Assembly (NCBI RefSeq): GCF_006345805.1
Contig: NC_042998.1
Coordinates: forward strand, 84,320,001-84,384,000
DNA from: Octopus sinensis
Lineage: Eukaryota
DNA length: 64,000 nucleotides
Direction: 5' to 3'
Shown here: positions 50,180 through 61,907 of the stretch, one piece after another
Position numbering within the stretch: position 1 is the first letter of the stretch
How the letters are laid out: every line of letters starts with the position of its first letter
Notes under the pieces: model-generated
What the model was told of the DNA's origin: nothing
Database searches by the model: none
The model's input: the letters and a program-made list of their open reading frames with translations, nothing else
Translations under genes and position numbers: made by a program

Positions 50180-52740
50180 GTAAGTGATTGGTTTATTCAA
50201 TGTTCTTTGTGTTTTTGGTTCTTTTTATTATTTTGTCCCATGACTATCCTGTTATTCTGAGGATAGGATAGCCATGGGTTAATGGCTCTCTTTTTAATAT
50301 TTTGATGATGATGGTAGTTCTTTTTATGATAGGCACAAAGCCTGAAATTTAGGGAAAAGCGGGAATAGTTGATTACATCAACCCCAATGCTCAACTGGTA
50401 CTTATTGACCCCAAAAGGACAAACAGCAACAACAACATTGGTGAAATTTGAACCCAGAACTTAAGACCAGAAGAAATGCTGCTAAACATTTTTGTCTGGC
50501 ATGCTAATGATTCTTGCCAGCTTGCTGTTCTGATAATAGTCATAATAATAATAACCTGTTTCAAATTTTGGTCCAAGATCAGCAATTTTAGGGAGAAAAG
50601 GGAAACCACTTATACTGACCCCAGTGCTCTCAAAAGGTTGAAAGGCATAGTCAACCTTAGCAGAATTTGAACTCAGAACATAATGAGCTAGAAGAAATGA
50701 GAAGCATTTCTACTGACACTAACAATTCTGCCAGCTTGCTGCATTGATGATGTTAGTAATAATTATAATAACAAGGGCACTCAGAGAGCACAAATCTCTG
50801 CCAAGGGACCACCAACGTCCTCTCAATGATAAGCTAGAGATGATTTTTAAAATGAGAATATCTGAAATAAACTCAACTGTGCTCACAAATGAGGATACTA
50901 AAAATGAACCCGACCACTCTCAAAACATTGAGCAAAACTGGAAAAATAATCCAGAATTCTTGCCTGGTACCCGATCTATCCCAAAATCTAATCAGTTTGT
51001 GCCAGTTACGAGGTCAAACATCTCTGAAGGTTTCATCCGAATCCATCCAGCAGTTCTTGAGATATCCTGTTCACGGACAAACAAACAAACAAACAAACCT
51101 GACTGAAAACAATGCCTCTGCCTTCGCTAAGGTGGAGGTAATAATAATAGCCTTTTCTAATATAGGCACTAGGCCTGAAATTTGGGGAGGAGGGGACACT
51201 CGATTACATCACCCCCAGTATTCAACTGGTACTTATTTTATCGGCCCTGAAAGGATGAAAGGCAAAGTCAACCATGGCAGAATTGAATTCAGAAAGCAAA
51301 GACAGATGAAATACTGCCTAGCATTTTTGCCTGGCATGCTAACGATTCTAGCAACTCTCCACCTTAAAAATAGTAATAATAATCCTTCCTACTGGAAGCA
51401 TAAGGCCTCAAGGGAAGGGATTAAGTCAATTACATCGACCTCAGTGGAATTTGAATTCAGAACATAAAGACAGACGAAATACCACTAAGCATTTCGCCCG
51501 GCATGTTAACGATCCTGCCAGCTTGCCACTTTAAATAATAATAATAATAATATTGGTATTAAATTTTGGCACAAGACCAGTAAGTTCAAGGAAGGGGTTA
51601 AGTCGATTACATTGCCTCCCCCCACTACTCCCAGTGCTTAACTGGTACTTATTTTATCAACCCTGAGAGGATGAAAGACTGTCAACTTTGGTGGTGTTTG
51701 AACTCAGAACATCAACCCAGACGAAATGTCGCTAAGCATTTTGCCCAGCATGCTGATGATTCTGTTAGGTTGCCACCTTTTTAAAAATAATATTTGCAAT
51801 ACCATACAGGCACAGGAGTGGCTGTGTGGTGAGGAGCTTGCTTACCAACCACATGGTCCCAGGTTCAGTCCCATTGCATGTCACCTTGGTCCGACCAAAG
51901 CCTTGCTAGTGGATTTGGTACATGGAAACTGAAAGAAGCCTGTATATATATATATATATATGTTTGTGTGCCTTTGTTTGTTCCCCCACCATCGCTTGAC
52001 AACCGATGTTGGTGTGATTACATCCCCGTAACCTAGCAGTTCAGCAAAAGTATCCGATAGAATAAGGACTAAGCTTACAAAAAATAAGTCCTGGGAGTCG
52101 ATTTGTTCAACTAAAAGCAGTGCTCCAGCATAGCTGCAGTCAAGTGACTGAAGCAAATAATAGAACACAACAATAGAGTGGATACCAAAGAAATTGTGAA
52201 AATTGAAACTTATTTAGAGCTAAACGGAGAGATGAAGAGATTATGGAAGACAAAGGCGACATCTGTTCTTGTCTTAATTAGTTCATTTGGTACAAGACCT
52301 AAACTGCTACCTAAGAGGTTGAACAATATTGGAATTGAAACTGTTCCTAGTTCAAATTCTGCCAAGGTCGACATTGCTTTTCATCCTCTTGGAGGTCGAT
52401 AAGTTGAGTACTGGGGTTGATCTAATTGACTGGCCCCCTCCCCGAAAATTTTGGGCCTTGTGCCTAGAGTAGAAAAGAATATATTGAGATTGAGACTTGT
52501 ATTGTCAGTCTGCAGAAGAGTGCAATATATTAAAATGCATTGCAAACAATGATCAGCCGTTAATTCCATTCTTCAGAAATCTCAAGACAACATTCCTGCT
52601 AATGAAGGTAGCTAGTAGTGATGGCTTATATTTTCTTTATGAAGGTTGATTCTGTTCTTAATAAACCAGAAATTTTTTTATTAACTCATATTAGATTAAT
52701 ACAATTTTTCTGAAATGCATTGAAATGTTCACTTCTTCAG

Positions 52741-52880
52741 CATTACAAAAAACTGTATCAGAGATTGAAGAACAGCTGCAGAAACTGTCTAAGGAGCGTG
52801 ATGATTTAGATGAAGCCATTGAAAAAGTACGGAGAAGTTTGGACAAAACTGAAATAGAGAAAAAAGAACTACAGCAAAAG
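52741..52880 (+). CDS. CIP2A: CIP2A coiled-coil exon (LQKTVSEIEEQLQKLSKERDDLDEAIEKVRRSLDKTEIEKKELQQK)
   Basis: cttcttcag / GTAGGT. 140 nt, phase 1 to 0. Matches human [29 protein letters not shown]. Confidence 0.9.
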
Positions 52881-55215
52881 GTAGGTTGATTTAAATGTTT
52901 TCTTGTTTTATAGTTGTGGGGCGAAACCAGTGCTGCCTGACTGGCTCCTGTGCCGGTGGCACATAAAAAGCACCATTCGAGTATGGTCAATGTCAGTGCC
53001 GCCTGATTGGCCCCTGTACTGGTGGCATGTAAAAAGCACCCACTACACTCTGGGAGTGGTTGGTATTAGGGAGAGCATCCAGCTGTAGAAACCTTGCCTG
53101 AACAGATTGGAGCCTGGTGCAGTCTCCTGGCTCGCCAGTCCTCAGTCAAACCGTCCAACCCATGCCAGCATGGAAAACGGACGTTAAATGATGATGATGA
53201 TGTGGTTAAGAAGCTCACTTCCTAACCACATAGTTTTGGGTTCAGTCCCACTGTGTTACACCTTGAGCAAGTGTCCTCTATTATGGCTCCAGGCTTATCA
53301 AACAAAGGCCTGTGATAAGAACTGGTAGGTAGAACCTGAAAGAAGCTTATCATATATCTGTGTGTGTGTTTGTGTGAATGAGTTTGCATTTCTTTTATGG
53401 CCACTGGCTTATAAACAATGGCTTCTTGATGGTGTCGTTTGCTTGCAGCCTACCACTAAAGCATGTCTGGTGGAGGCGATGGCTGCTGCTGCTGTGGTTA
53501 TTGTTGTTGTTGTTAAATTCTGATGACCTCTCCATTTATATATTATCTACAGAGAACATACAAATATAACACTGTAAGCTCCTGCCTCCCCTAATTTCCA
53601 TACTTCATGCTTGTTGTTTTATTATTTTACTGATTTCAATCATTGGATTGTTGCCATGCTGGAGCACAGACCAGTGTTTCCAAACTTGGGATCCACAGAA
53701 CTCAAGGAACCCACAAAAATAGTTCTATGCATTCATAAGTTTTGTTTTAAAAGTCTGCAGCATAAAATGTGCAATTACCCAGTTACATTTGTAACTGGGT
53801 AATTATTTTAATTATATATAATTATTTTAATTATATATGTCTTTCATTTGAGAGATGGAACTGGGAAAATAAGTTTGTTGTGAGCTAATAAAATTGATTG
53901 ATCGAGTAAACAGACCTTTCATGGTCTGGAGTCCGTGGGAAAATGCATTTAAACAAAAGGGGTCATTGGTAGTGATGGAAAGGTTGGAACCATTGTTATA
54001 GACTATTGTTGATTACATTAAACCCAATTCATATTTACTTGGGCTGTTACTTATTGATCAACATTAGAAGAATCACCATCGTCAGTTATCATCCACTTTC
54101 CATGCTGGCATGGATTGGATGATTTGACTGAAGACTGGCAAGCCAGGAGGCTGCACCAGTGAAAGGCTACAAGGAATCCGGGTGGGATTTGAACTGTGTA
54201 AAGAGACATAACTAAATGTGGCAAATACCAGTTCTGGTATCCACCTGCATAACTGAATGATAGAGTGATATCAGCAATTAAATTTCTGTTTTTCTTTTCT
54301 ACACTCTGAGTTCTAATCCAACTGGGGTTAACTGTGACATTTCAAAATCTAGGCCTGTGGTTCTTCACTTTGTCAGTAACACCCACACATATACCTCAGG
54401 GATGTTGTGAGTTTACAAGGGGGTATAATGGAGCAGTGCTAAATGTTTTGAGAAGTTGTGATTTTTCTTAGGGGGAGCAATGTCATTGATAAGGTTGGGA
54501 ATGGCTATAAAGATTACTCTGACAAACTTAACTGATTGATTGATTGAACAATTAATCAAACAATTTATTAGCTAATTGTTTAAATATCTAAACAATTGAC
54601 AAATATATAATATTGAAGTGAAATAGAACCAGTGTATATACTTATTATTGGCATAATGACCCTCTCAAGATACAAATGAAGTATTTAAACCAGATATAAG
54701 ACATTTTCAGGAAGAAAAGCTGGCAGAATCGTTTGTATGCCAGACAAAATGTTTAGCGGTATTTTGTCCTTTACATTCTGAGTTCAAATTCTGCTGAGGT
54801 CGATTTGCCTTTTGGGGTCAATGAAATAGGTACCAGTTGAGCACTGGGGTTGATGTAATCAACTAATCCCCTCCCCATAAAAATCTTAGGCCTTGTGCTT
54901 ATAGTAGGAAGGATTACTATTATATCCATGTATCTATGCTTGCAGCCGGGTCATTTACTGATATCTTGCTTCTGGTAGGAACCTCTGAAGGGTTTATCTG
55001 GAGACTCTCCTACTCCTCTCACAGGAATGGGCAGACAATGAGAATAGATGAATAAATAGATGGACAAATCAGACTGGACCAGACAGATAGAGATGAAAGC
55101 AAATAGGTTCTATCAGATAATTCGTTTAAACTTTCTGTTAGGTTTGATTTTATTGAAGTTAAATTCTTTTCTTGTTTATTAATTTTTTAAAAATTCTTTT
55201 CTTGGGATATTTCAG

Positions 55216-55377
55216 ATCACTTCCCTTGAAGTTGTGTGTCAAAAACATGAACGTGTCATCAAAGAGAAAACTGGAGAATTAGAAGAAGTTAAAGATAATC
55301 TTGCCAAACATGAACAAATAGCTGCCATGATTCATAACCTAAGTAGTAGCAAAATTCCACCAAAGGTGTCTTTTTAA
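55216..55377 (+). CDS. CIP2A: CIP2A terminal coding exon (ITSLEVVCQK...KHEQIAAMIHNLSSSKIPPKVSF*)
   Basis: tttcag acceptor, TAA at 55375-77. Matches the human C-terminus [20 protein letters not shown]. Confidence 0.93.
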   Translation: MTSLEVVCQKHERVIKEKTGELEEVKDNLAKHEQIAAMIHNLSSSKIPPKVSF

Positions 55378-55439
55378 GGACTTTGCTAATAATGTCTCTT
55401 TCTATGTTTGTGTGAGTGTGGAGTATGTGCATGTGGCCA

Positions 55440-55493
<54 letters not shown>

Positions 55494-56055
55494 ATTGCTT
55501 TAACTGAGATCTTAAGTTTCACCTGAATTAATTCAACTAGACTGATGCAATGCATGTCACACAAGCAAATACATGTGTGTATGTGTGTGTATATAATTGG
55601 GTGTTTGTGTAGATGATGTGTGTTGCATGATTAAGTTTGCTTGGCTATCATGTGATTCTGAGTTCAATCCAGCTATATGGCAGGTACATTGGACAGAAGT
55701 ATTTTTTTCCCATTACTTAGAATCTGATCCAAATCTTGAGTGAAGTCCTATTGATAAAGACTGTGTGGTGGCTTATAGCATGTGCTGTATTTGTGTTTCA
55801 AAGGGTCAACTTTGTCATACTGAAAATTAAAGAGTACCAATGTGTGTAATACCTCAAGGATTATGAAAGGGACCAGTGTGTGGAATACTCAGCCACTTAC
55901 ATTAAAATTCATTATGTAGTTCTTTTGGGGTAGGTATCACTTTACATAGATTTCTCAAATTTCAATATCAAGATAAAACTTAATGAAATATTAAATTCTA
56001 AATATTACAAAATCATACACATTATTTTACTGAGTTATTTTTAAAATTTTATTTG

Positions 56056-56061
56056 AATAAA
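56056..56061 (+). terminator. Candidate CIP2A polyadenylation signal (AATAAA)
   Basis: First AATAAA I found after the stop, followed by a U-rich stretch. The motif is common in AT-rich DNA. Confidence 0.25.
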
Positions 56062-56601
56062 ATTTTTTTTTACACTTTTACCAGATACCACAACATTTTA
56101 AACACTCTTTCTTTCAAACTTTTCGGCAGAATATTTTCTTTCTTTTTCTCTCTTTGTTGCTTATCGTCCTTCTCTTTCTCTATCTCATTTACCCTGACTG
56201 TATATACTTTCCTCTTTTTTTTTTCCCTGCTCTTTATTTCTTTATTTTCTTTGTCTCTTAATCCATTTATTTCCTCCCTCTCGCCAACATTTTTATTTTC
56301 ACTCCTCTCATTCACCTCTCTCTTTCATCTCATCTCGAAATCTTTCAAATTTATATTGTACATTACAAATAGATAATTTTAACTGATATAAAGCCACATT
56401 TTTGGTATATATTCTCTCAACTCTTAAAGGAAGAAAAGCAGAATATAAACCGCTGGAAGAAATACTGCCAGATATTTCATCCAATCCTACTTACAAATAT
56501 TGTTTCTAATTTAGGTACAAAATCAGCACTTATTAGAAGAGGGTGTTTGTTCAATACCATTAACTGAATACTCAACTGGTTCTATATTACTTCTCAATAG
56601 T

Positions 56602-56634
<33 letters not shown>

Positions 56635-56637
<3 letters not shown>

Positions 56638-57020
56638 CAGGAGTGGCTGTGTGGTAAGTAGCTTGCTTACCAACCACATGGTTCCGGGTTCAGTCCCACT
56701 GCGTGGCATCTTGGGCAAGTGTCTTCTGCTATAGCCTCAGGCCGACCAAAGCCTTGAGTGGATTTGGTAGACGGAAACTGAAAAGAAGCCCGTCATATAT
56801 ATGTATATATATATATGCGTGTGTGTGTTTGTCCCCCTAGCATTGCTTGACAACCGATGCTGGTGTGTTTATGTCTCCGTTACTTAGCGGTTCGGCAAAA
56901 GAGACCGATAGAATAAGTACTGGGCTTACAAAGGAATAAGTCCCGGGGTCGAGTTGCTCGATTAAAGGCGGTGCTCCAGCATGGCTGCAGTCAAATGACT
57001 GAAACAAGTAAAAGAGTAAA
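56635..57020 (+). mobile_element. tRNA-derived CORE-type SINE (octopus OR-like family); representative copy
   Basis: A box TGGCTGTGTGG, B box GGTTCAGTCCC, CORE-like ttgggcaagtgtc. Other copies at about 17727-18125, 44278-44690, 15080-15390 (-) and 48040-48735 (-). Confidence 0.8.
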
Positions 57021-57145
57021 TATATATATATATCAGAGGTGACTCCAGGTCATCAGCATCACTTGAGCTCATCACAGATTTTGCATAAGACACAACAAGC
57101 ATCAGCAATCTGACTGTCACCTGTACTCTTGACAAGAGATGTCAG

Positions 57146-59476
57146 TTGCCACTATGAAAGGTTGCTGAATGAGGAAAATGAATGGGATAAAGAGAGTCTG
57201 CCGAATGTCGACCCAACAGAGGGACCAGCAATCTGAGTTGACAGTTCCTTAGTAGTAAGGCAATTACAAGCATGAAAACAGGGTGGGCCCCTGGCCCATC
57301 AGGAATTACTGCAGAAATGCTCAAAATATCTGGTAGTGTTGGCTATAGCCTAGTCACCCGTATAGTTAACCAGGTGATACACGAAGGAGTCATACCCAAT
57401 GACTGGTGTAGCAGCATAATAGTCAACTGCTACAAAGGTAAAGGTGACGCTCTAGATACAAATAACTACAGGGGTATCAAGCTGCTGGATCAGGTAATGA
57501 AGGTCATGGAGAGGGTTATAGCCCAACTAATTAGAGAGAGAGTTAGCTTAGATGAGATGCAGTTTGAGTTCGTGCCAGGGAAAAGTACTACTGATGCTAT
57601 ATTCTTGGTAAGACAGCTGCAGGAGAAATACCTAGCCAAAGATAAGCCCCTGTACCTGGCTTTTGTTGATATGGAGAAAGCCTTCGACAGGGTCCCCCGA
57701 TCCCTTATCTGGTGGTCAATGAGGAAACTAGGGATAGATGAATGGTTAGTGAGAGCTGTGCTAGCCATGTAAGGTGAGGGTTGGCAACGAGTACAGTGAA
57801 GAATTCCGGGTAGAGGTTGGGGGTCCACCAAGATTCAGTCCTCAGTCCCCTCCTATTTATCATAGTCCTCCAGGCAATAACGGAGGAATTCAAGACAGGA
57901 TGCCCCTGGGATCTCCTCTATGCTGATGACCTTGCTCTAATTGCTGAGTCACTATCAGAACTGGAAGAGAAGTTTCAGGTGTGGAAGCAAGGTTTAGAAT
58001 TGAAGGGCCTTAGAATCAACCTAGCCAAAACCAAAGTCCTAATAAGTAGGAAGGTAGACCAATCACAAACGCCTTCAGGTAGATGGCCCTGCTCGATCTG
58101 TAAAAAAGGCGTAGGTAGAAACTCTATAAAGTCCACCAAGTGTAAGCTATGGACACATAAGAGGTGTAGCAATGTCAAAAGAAGGCTAACTAGAAAAATA
58201 GTTTTTATCTGTGGCAGATGCTCAGGAGCAATAAACATTGAAAATGTGCAGAGACCAACTTCTACCATGTTCCAGGGAGAAAAACTAGAAGTAGTTGATA
58301 ACTTCTGCTACCTGGGTGACCGGGGGTGGGTGTGCTGAAAGTGTAACTGCTAGAGTAAGAATAGCCTGGGAAAAGTTTAGAGAGCTCTTACCCCTGCTGG
58401 TGACAAAAGGCCTCTCGCTCAGAGTAAAAGGCAGACTGTATGATGCATGTGTACGTACAGCCATGCTACATGGTAGTGAAACATGGGCTGTGACTGCTGA
58501 GGATATGCGTAAGCTCGCAAGAAATGAAGCCAGTATGCTCCGATGGATGTGTAATGTCAGTGTCCATAATCGACAGAGTGTAAGTACCTTGAGAGAAAAG
58601 TTGAACCTAAGAAGCATCAGTTGTGGTGTGCAAGAGAGATGTTTGCGCTGGTATGGTCATGTGACGAGAATGGCTGAAGATAGTTGTGTGCAAAAGTGCC
58701 ACACCCTAGCAGTTGAGGGAACCTGTGGAAGAGGTAGACCCAGGAAAACCTGGGACGAGGTGGTGAAGCATGACCTTCGAACTTTAGGTCTCACCAAAGA
58801 AATGACTAGAGACTGAGACCTATGGAAGTATGCTGTATGTGAGAAGACCCGGCAAGACTAGTGAGAACATAACCTGTGGCCTACATACCTTTCCTTCTTG
58901 GGACACAAAACTCCACTTGTGAAGACCCGTTGAGGCAAGTGAAAATCAAAATCAAAACAAATCAAATCTGATATCAGAAAGCAGAACCAAAATCGAAGTC
59001 GATCAACATCAATGGAAATTGCAGCTGTGGTACCAGTGCCGGTGACAAGTAAGCGAACCATCCGATCGTGGCCGTTGCCAGCACCGCCCCAACTGGCCTC
59101 CGTGCCGGTGACACGTAAAAGCACCATGCGTTCGTGTCCGTTGCCAGCCTCGCCTGGCCCCCATGCCGGTGGCACGTAGCACCATCCGTTCGTGGCCATT
59201 GCCAGCCTCGCCTGGCCCCCGTGCCGGTGGCACATAAAAAGTACCATCCGTCCGTGGCTGTTTGCCAGCTCCATCTGGCACCTGTGCAGGTGGCACGTAA
59301 AAAGCACCCACTACACTCACAGAGTGGTTGGTATTAGGAAGGGCATCCAGCCGTAGAAACACTGCCAGATCAGACTGGGCCTGATGCAGCCTTCTGGCTT
59401 CACAGACCCCAGTTGAACCGTCCAACCCATGCTAGCATGGAAAGCGGATGCTAAATGATGATAATGATGATGATGA
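57146..59476 (+). mobile_element. 5'-truncated, inactivated RTE-clade LINE (RT with YADD, PHD-like finger, 3' UTR, (TGA)n tail)
   Basis: ORF pieces 57272-57772, 57817-58338 and 58295-58816 carry NYRGIKLL, QFEFVPGKSTTDAIF, FVDMEKAFDRV and LLYADDL (YADD at 57919-57930). Broken by frameshifts and stops; tail of TGA repeats ends near 59476. Confidence 0.93.
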
Positions 59477-60220
59477 AAGCTCATTCGTATTAGCCCGAGT
59501 TGCCGGATAATTTTTCATTCCTTTAAGAATATTTTAGAACAGAAACTTCCCATAGATTGGAATTTAAATCCTAATCTCTATAGAAAATTATTGTTTCAAG
59601 AAAACATTGAATTTGAATTACTTTAATTTTTATGATTATAGATAACAACTTGGGTTGTAATTTCTAAGCCAGAGTCAGGCACATGTGAACGATGTCAAAA
59701 GACCATCTGCTACAAATGATATTTTTTGACACAGGGCACTTTTAAGACACCGCCAGACGCAGAACAAAAATAAACAAACTGCAACCGATAAAAGGAGCCC
59801 AAGTTATTGGCAGAAATTAAATCAGCGTGCAAATACACATTCACTTTACTAAATTTATATTCGGGCTAAGCCCAAACAGCCTGAGTACTGGAATTGCCAC
59901 TGATATATATATTTACGTAGAAAGAGAACTATGTACAGCTAAAGTGGAATATATCGTAAAATCTGATATAAAATGAAATCAGAGTAATTATCTGGGAGTT
60001 GCAAGTTGAGTGAGGTAAGCAAAAACAGGAACAAAGGAAGTTGGCAAATTGATAACTTGTTTAATCAGCAAAAATTAAGTTGATAAAAAAATTCAGTATA
60101 CTCTCTTAAATTTTTTTTTCTCACTGGGAAAAATTTGCACATATTTTTGTACATCATGATGACATTGAAAAATAAAACATTAAAAATATCTTTAATCCAA
60201 GTCCTTCAATTAGAGCGGTC

Positions 60221-60226
60221 TTTATT
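60221..60226 (-). terminator. Candidate polyadenylation signal (AATAAA) of the Cys-rich peptide gene
   Basis: tttatt on the + strand, about 40 nt after the stop codon. Confidence 0.5.
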
Positions 60227-60265
60227 GGGAATAAACCATAAGGAGATTCCATTGGTGCTGGTGTA

Positions 60266-60426
60266 TTATGGTTGAAAATTTGGTAGGGCACAGTTGCATA
60301 CAATACAGCTGGCAGTCCAAGTAGCACACGAGTACTCGTTACACTGCTCATCACTTCCTCCACAGGCAGCATTACAACTAGTCAAGCTATCATAGCAGAG
60401 TGATGTCTCCACACAAGTTACTGTAG
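60266..60426 (-). CDS. Terminal exon of the secreted Cys-rich peptide (TVTCVETSLCYDSLTSCNAACGGSDEQCNEYSCATWTASCIVCNCALPNFQP*)
   Basis: Strong acceptor (catttcttttttttccag). Only the phase-1 frame stays open, matching the upstream donor. 9 Cys in 52 codons, TAA at 60268-66, AATAAA about 40 nt downstream. Confidence 0.82.
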
Positions 60427-60548
60427 CTGGAAAAAAAAGAAATGGATACTTGGAATAATATCATCAATCATCATTTAACATCCATTTTCCATGCTGATAT
60501 GGGTTGCATGGTTTGACAGGAACTGTCAAGGCTGGGAGCCACATCAGT

Positions 60549-61907
60549 TAACTGGGAAGATAGTTTTTGTATGTGGCAAATGCTCAGGTGCTATAAACAC
60601 TGAATATGTGCAGAGAACAGCTTCTGTCACATTCCAGGGAGAAAAACAAGTAGTTTATAGTCTCCATTACCTAGGGGACCAAGTTAGTAGCAGGGATGGA
60701 TGCTCTGAAAGTGTAACTGCTAGAATAAGAATAGCCTGGGCAAAGTTCAGAGAGCTCCTACCTCTGCTGGTGACAAAGGGCCTCTCACAAAGGTAGACTA
60801 TGATGCATGTGTATGAACAGCCATGCTACATGGCAGTGAAACATGGGCCATGATTGCTGAGGACATGCGTAAGCTTGCAAGGAATGAAGCCAGTATGCTC
60901 CGCTGGATGTGTAATGTCAGTGTGCATATATAACAGAGTGTAAGTGCCCTGAGAGAAAAGTTGGATTTAAGAAGCATCAGATGTGGTGTGCAAGAGAGAT
61001 GACTGCGCTGGTATGGTCATGTGTTGTGAATGAATAAGGACAGCTGCATGAAAAAAGTGTCACACCCTAGCAGTTGAGGGAACTTGTGGAAGAGGTAGAC
61101 CCAGGAAGACCTGGGATAAGGTGGTGAAGCACAACCTTTGAACATTGAGCCTTACCAAGACAATGACCAGTGACCAAGACTTTTGGAGATATGCTGTGCT
61201 TGAGAAGATCTGACAAGCCAAGTGAGACCATAACCCATGGCCTATGCCAGTGGGCGTAACTAGCCCACATATGAATACCCTCATTCATTGGACAATAAAC
61301 TTTGCTTGCGAAGACCTAGGCAAGTGAAATCAAAATCACTGACGTGGCCGATGACTACCGCCTGATTGGCACTCGTGCCGGTGGAACATTAAAAGCACAT
61401 CCGAGCCTGGGGTGAAATCACCCCACTTATGAGTACCCCTCATTCATTGAACAATAAACTTTGCTTGTAAAGACCTATTGAGGCAAGTGAAATCAAATCA
61501 AAATCGCTGACGTGGCTGATGACAGTACCACTTGATTAGCACTAATGCCAGTGGAACGTTAATGGCACATCCGAGCGTGATTATTGCTAGGGCTACAGAT
61601 TGGCTCCCATGCTGGTGGCACGTGAAAAACAACATTCGAGTGTGGTCGTTGCTAGTGCCACTGGACTGGCTTTCGTACAGGTAGCATGTAATAAACACCT
61701 TTTGAGCGTGGTTGTTGCCAGGCCCTCCAGCTGGTGGCATGTAAAAGCACCCACTACACTGTCAAAGTGGTTGGCGTTAGGAAGGTTATCTAGCTGTAGA
61801 AACTTTGCCAGATCAGATTGGTGCCGGTGCAGCCTTCTGGCTCACCAGTCCTCAGTCAAACCATCCAACCCATGCCAGCATGGAAAGTGGACGTTAAACG
61901 ATGATGA
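60549..61907 (+). mobile_element. Degenerate 3' fragment of the RTE LINE, antisense within the peptide-gene intron
   Basis: GKIVFVCGKC...ARIRIAWAKFRELLPLLVTKG and 3' UTR homologous to 58200-59476. Confidence 0.85.

Noticed and set aside
59490-59869. 9-bp inverted ends TTAGCCCGA/TCGGGCTAA around 380 bp
   Set aside because: Too short, no TSD and no second copy in the window.
60154-60372. ORF-track protein MLPVEEVMSS... on the minus strand
   Set aside because: It overlaps the Cys-rich exon in another frame; the splice-compatible frame with acceptor, signal exon and polyA signal is far better supported.
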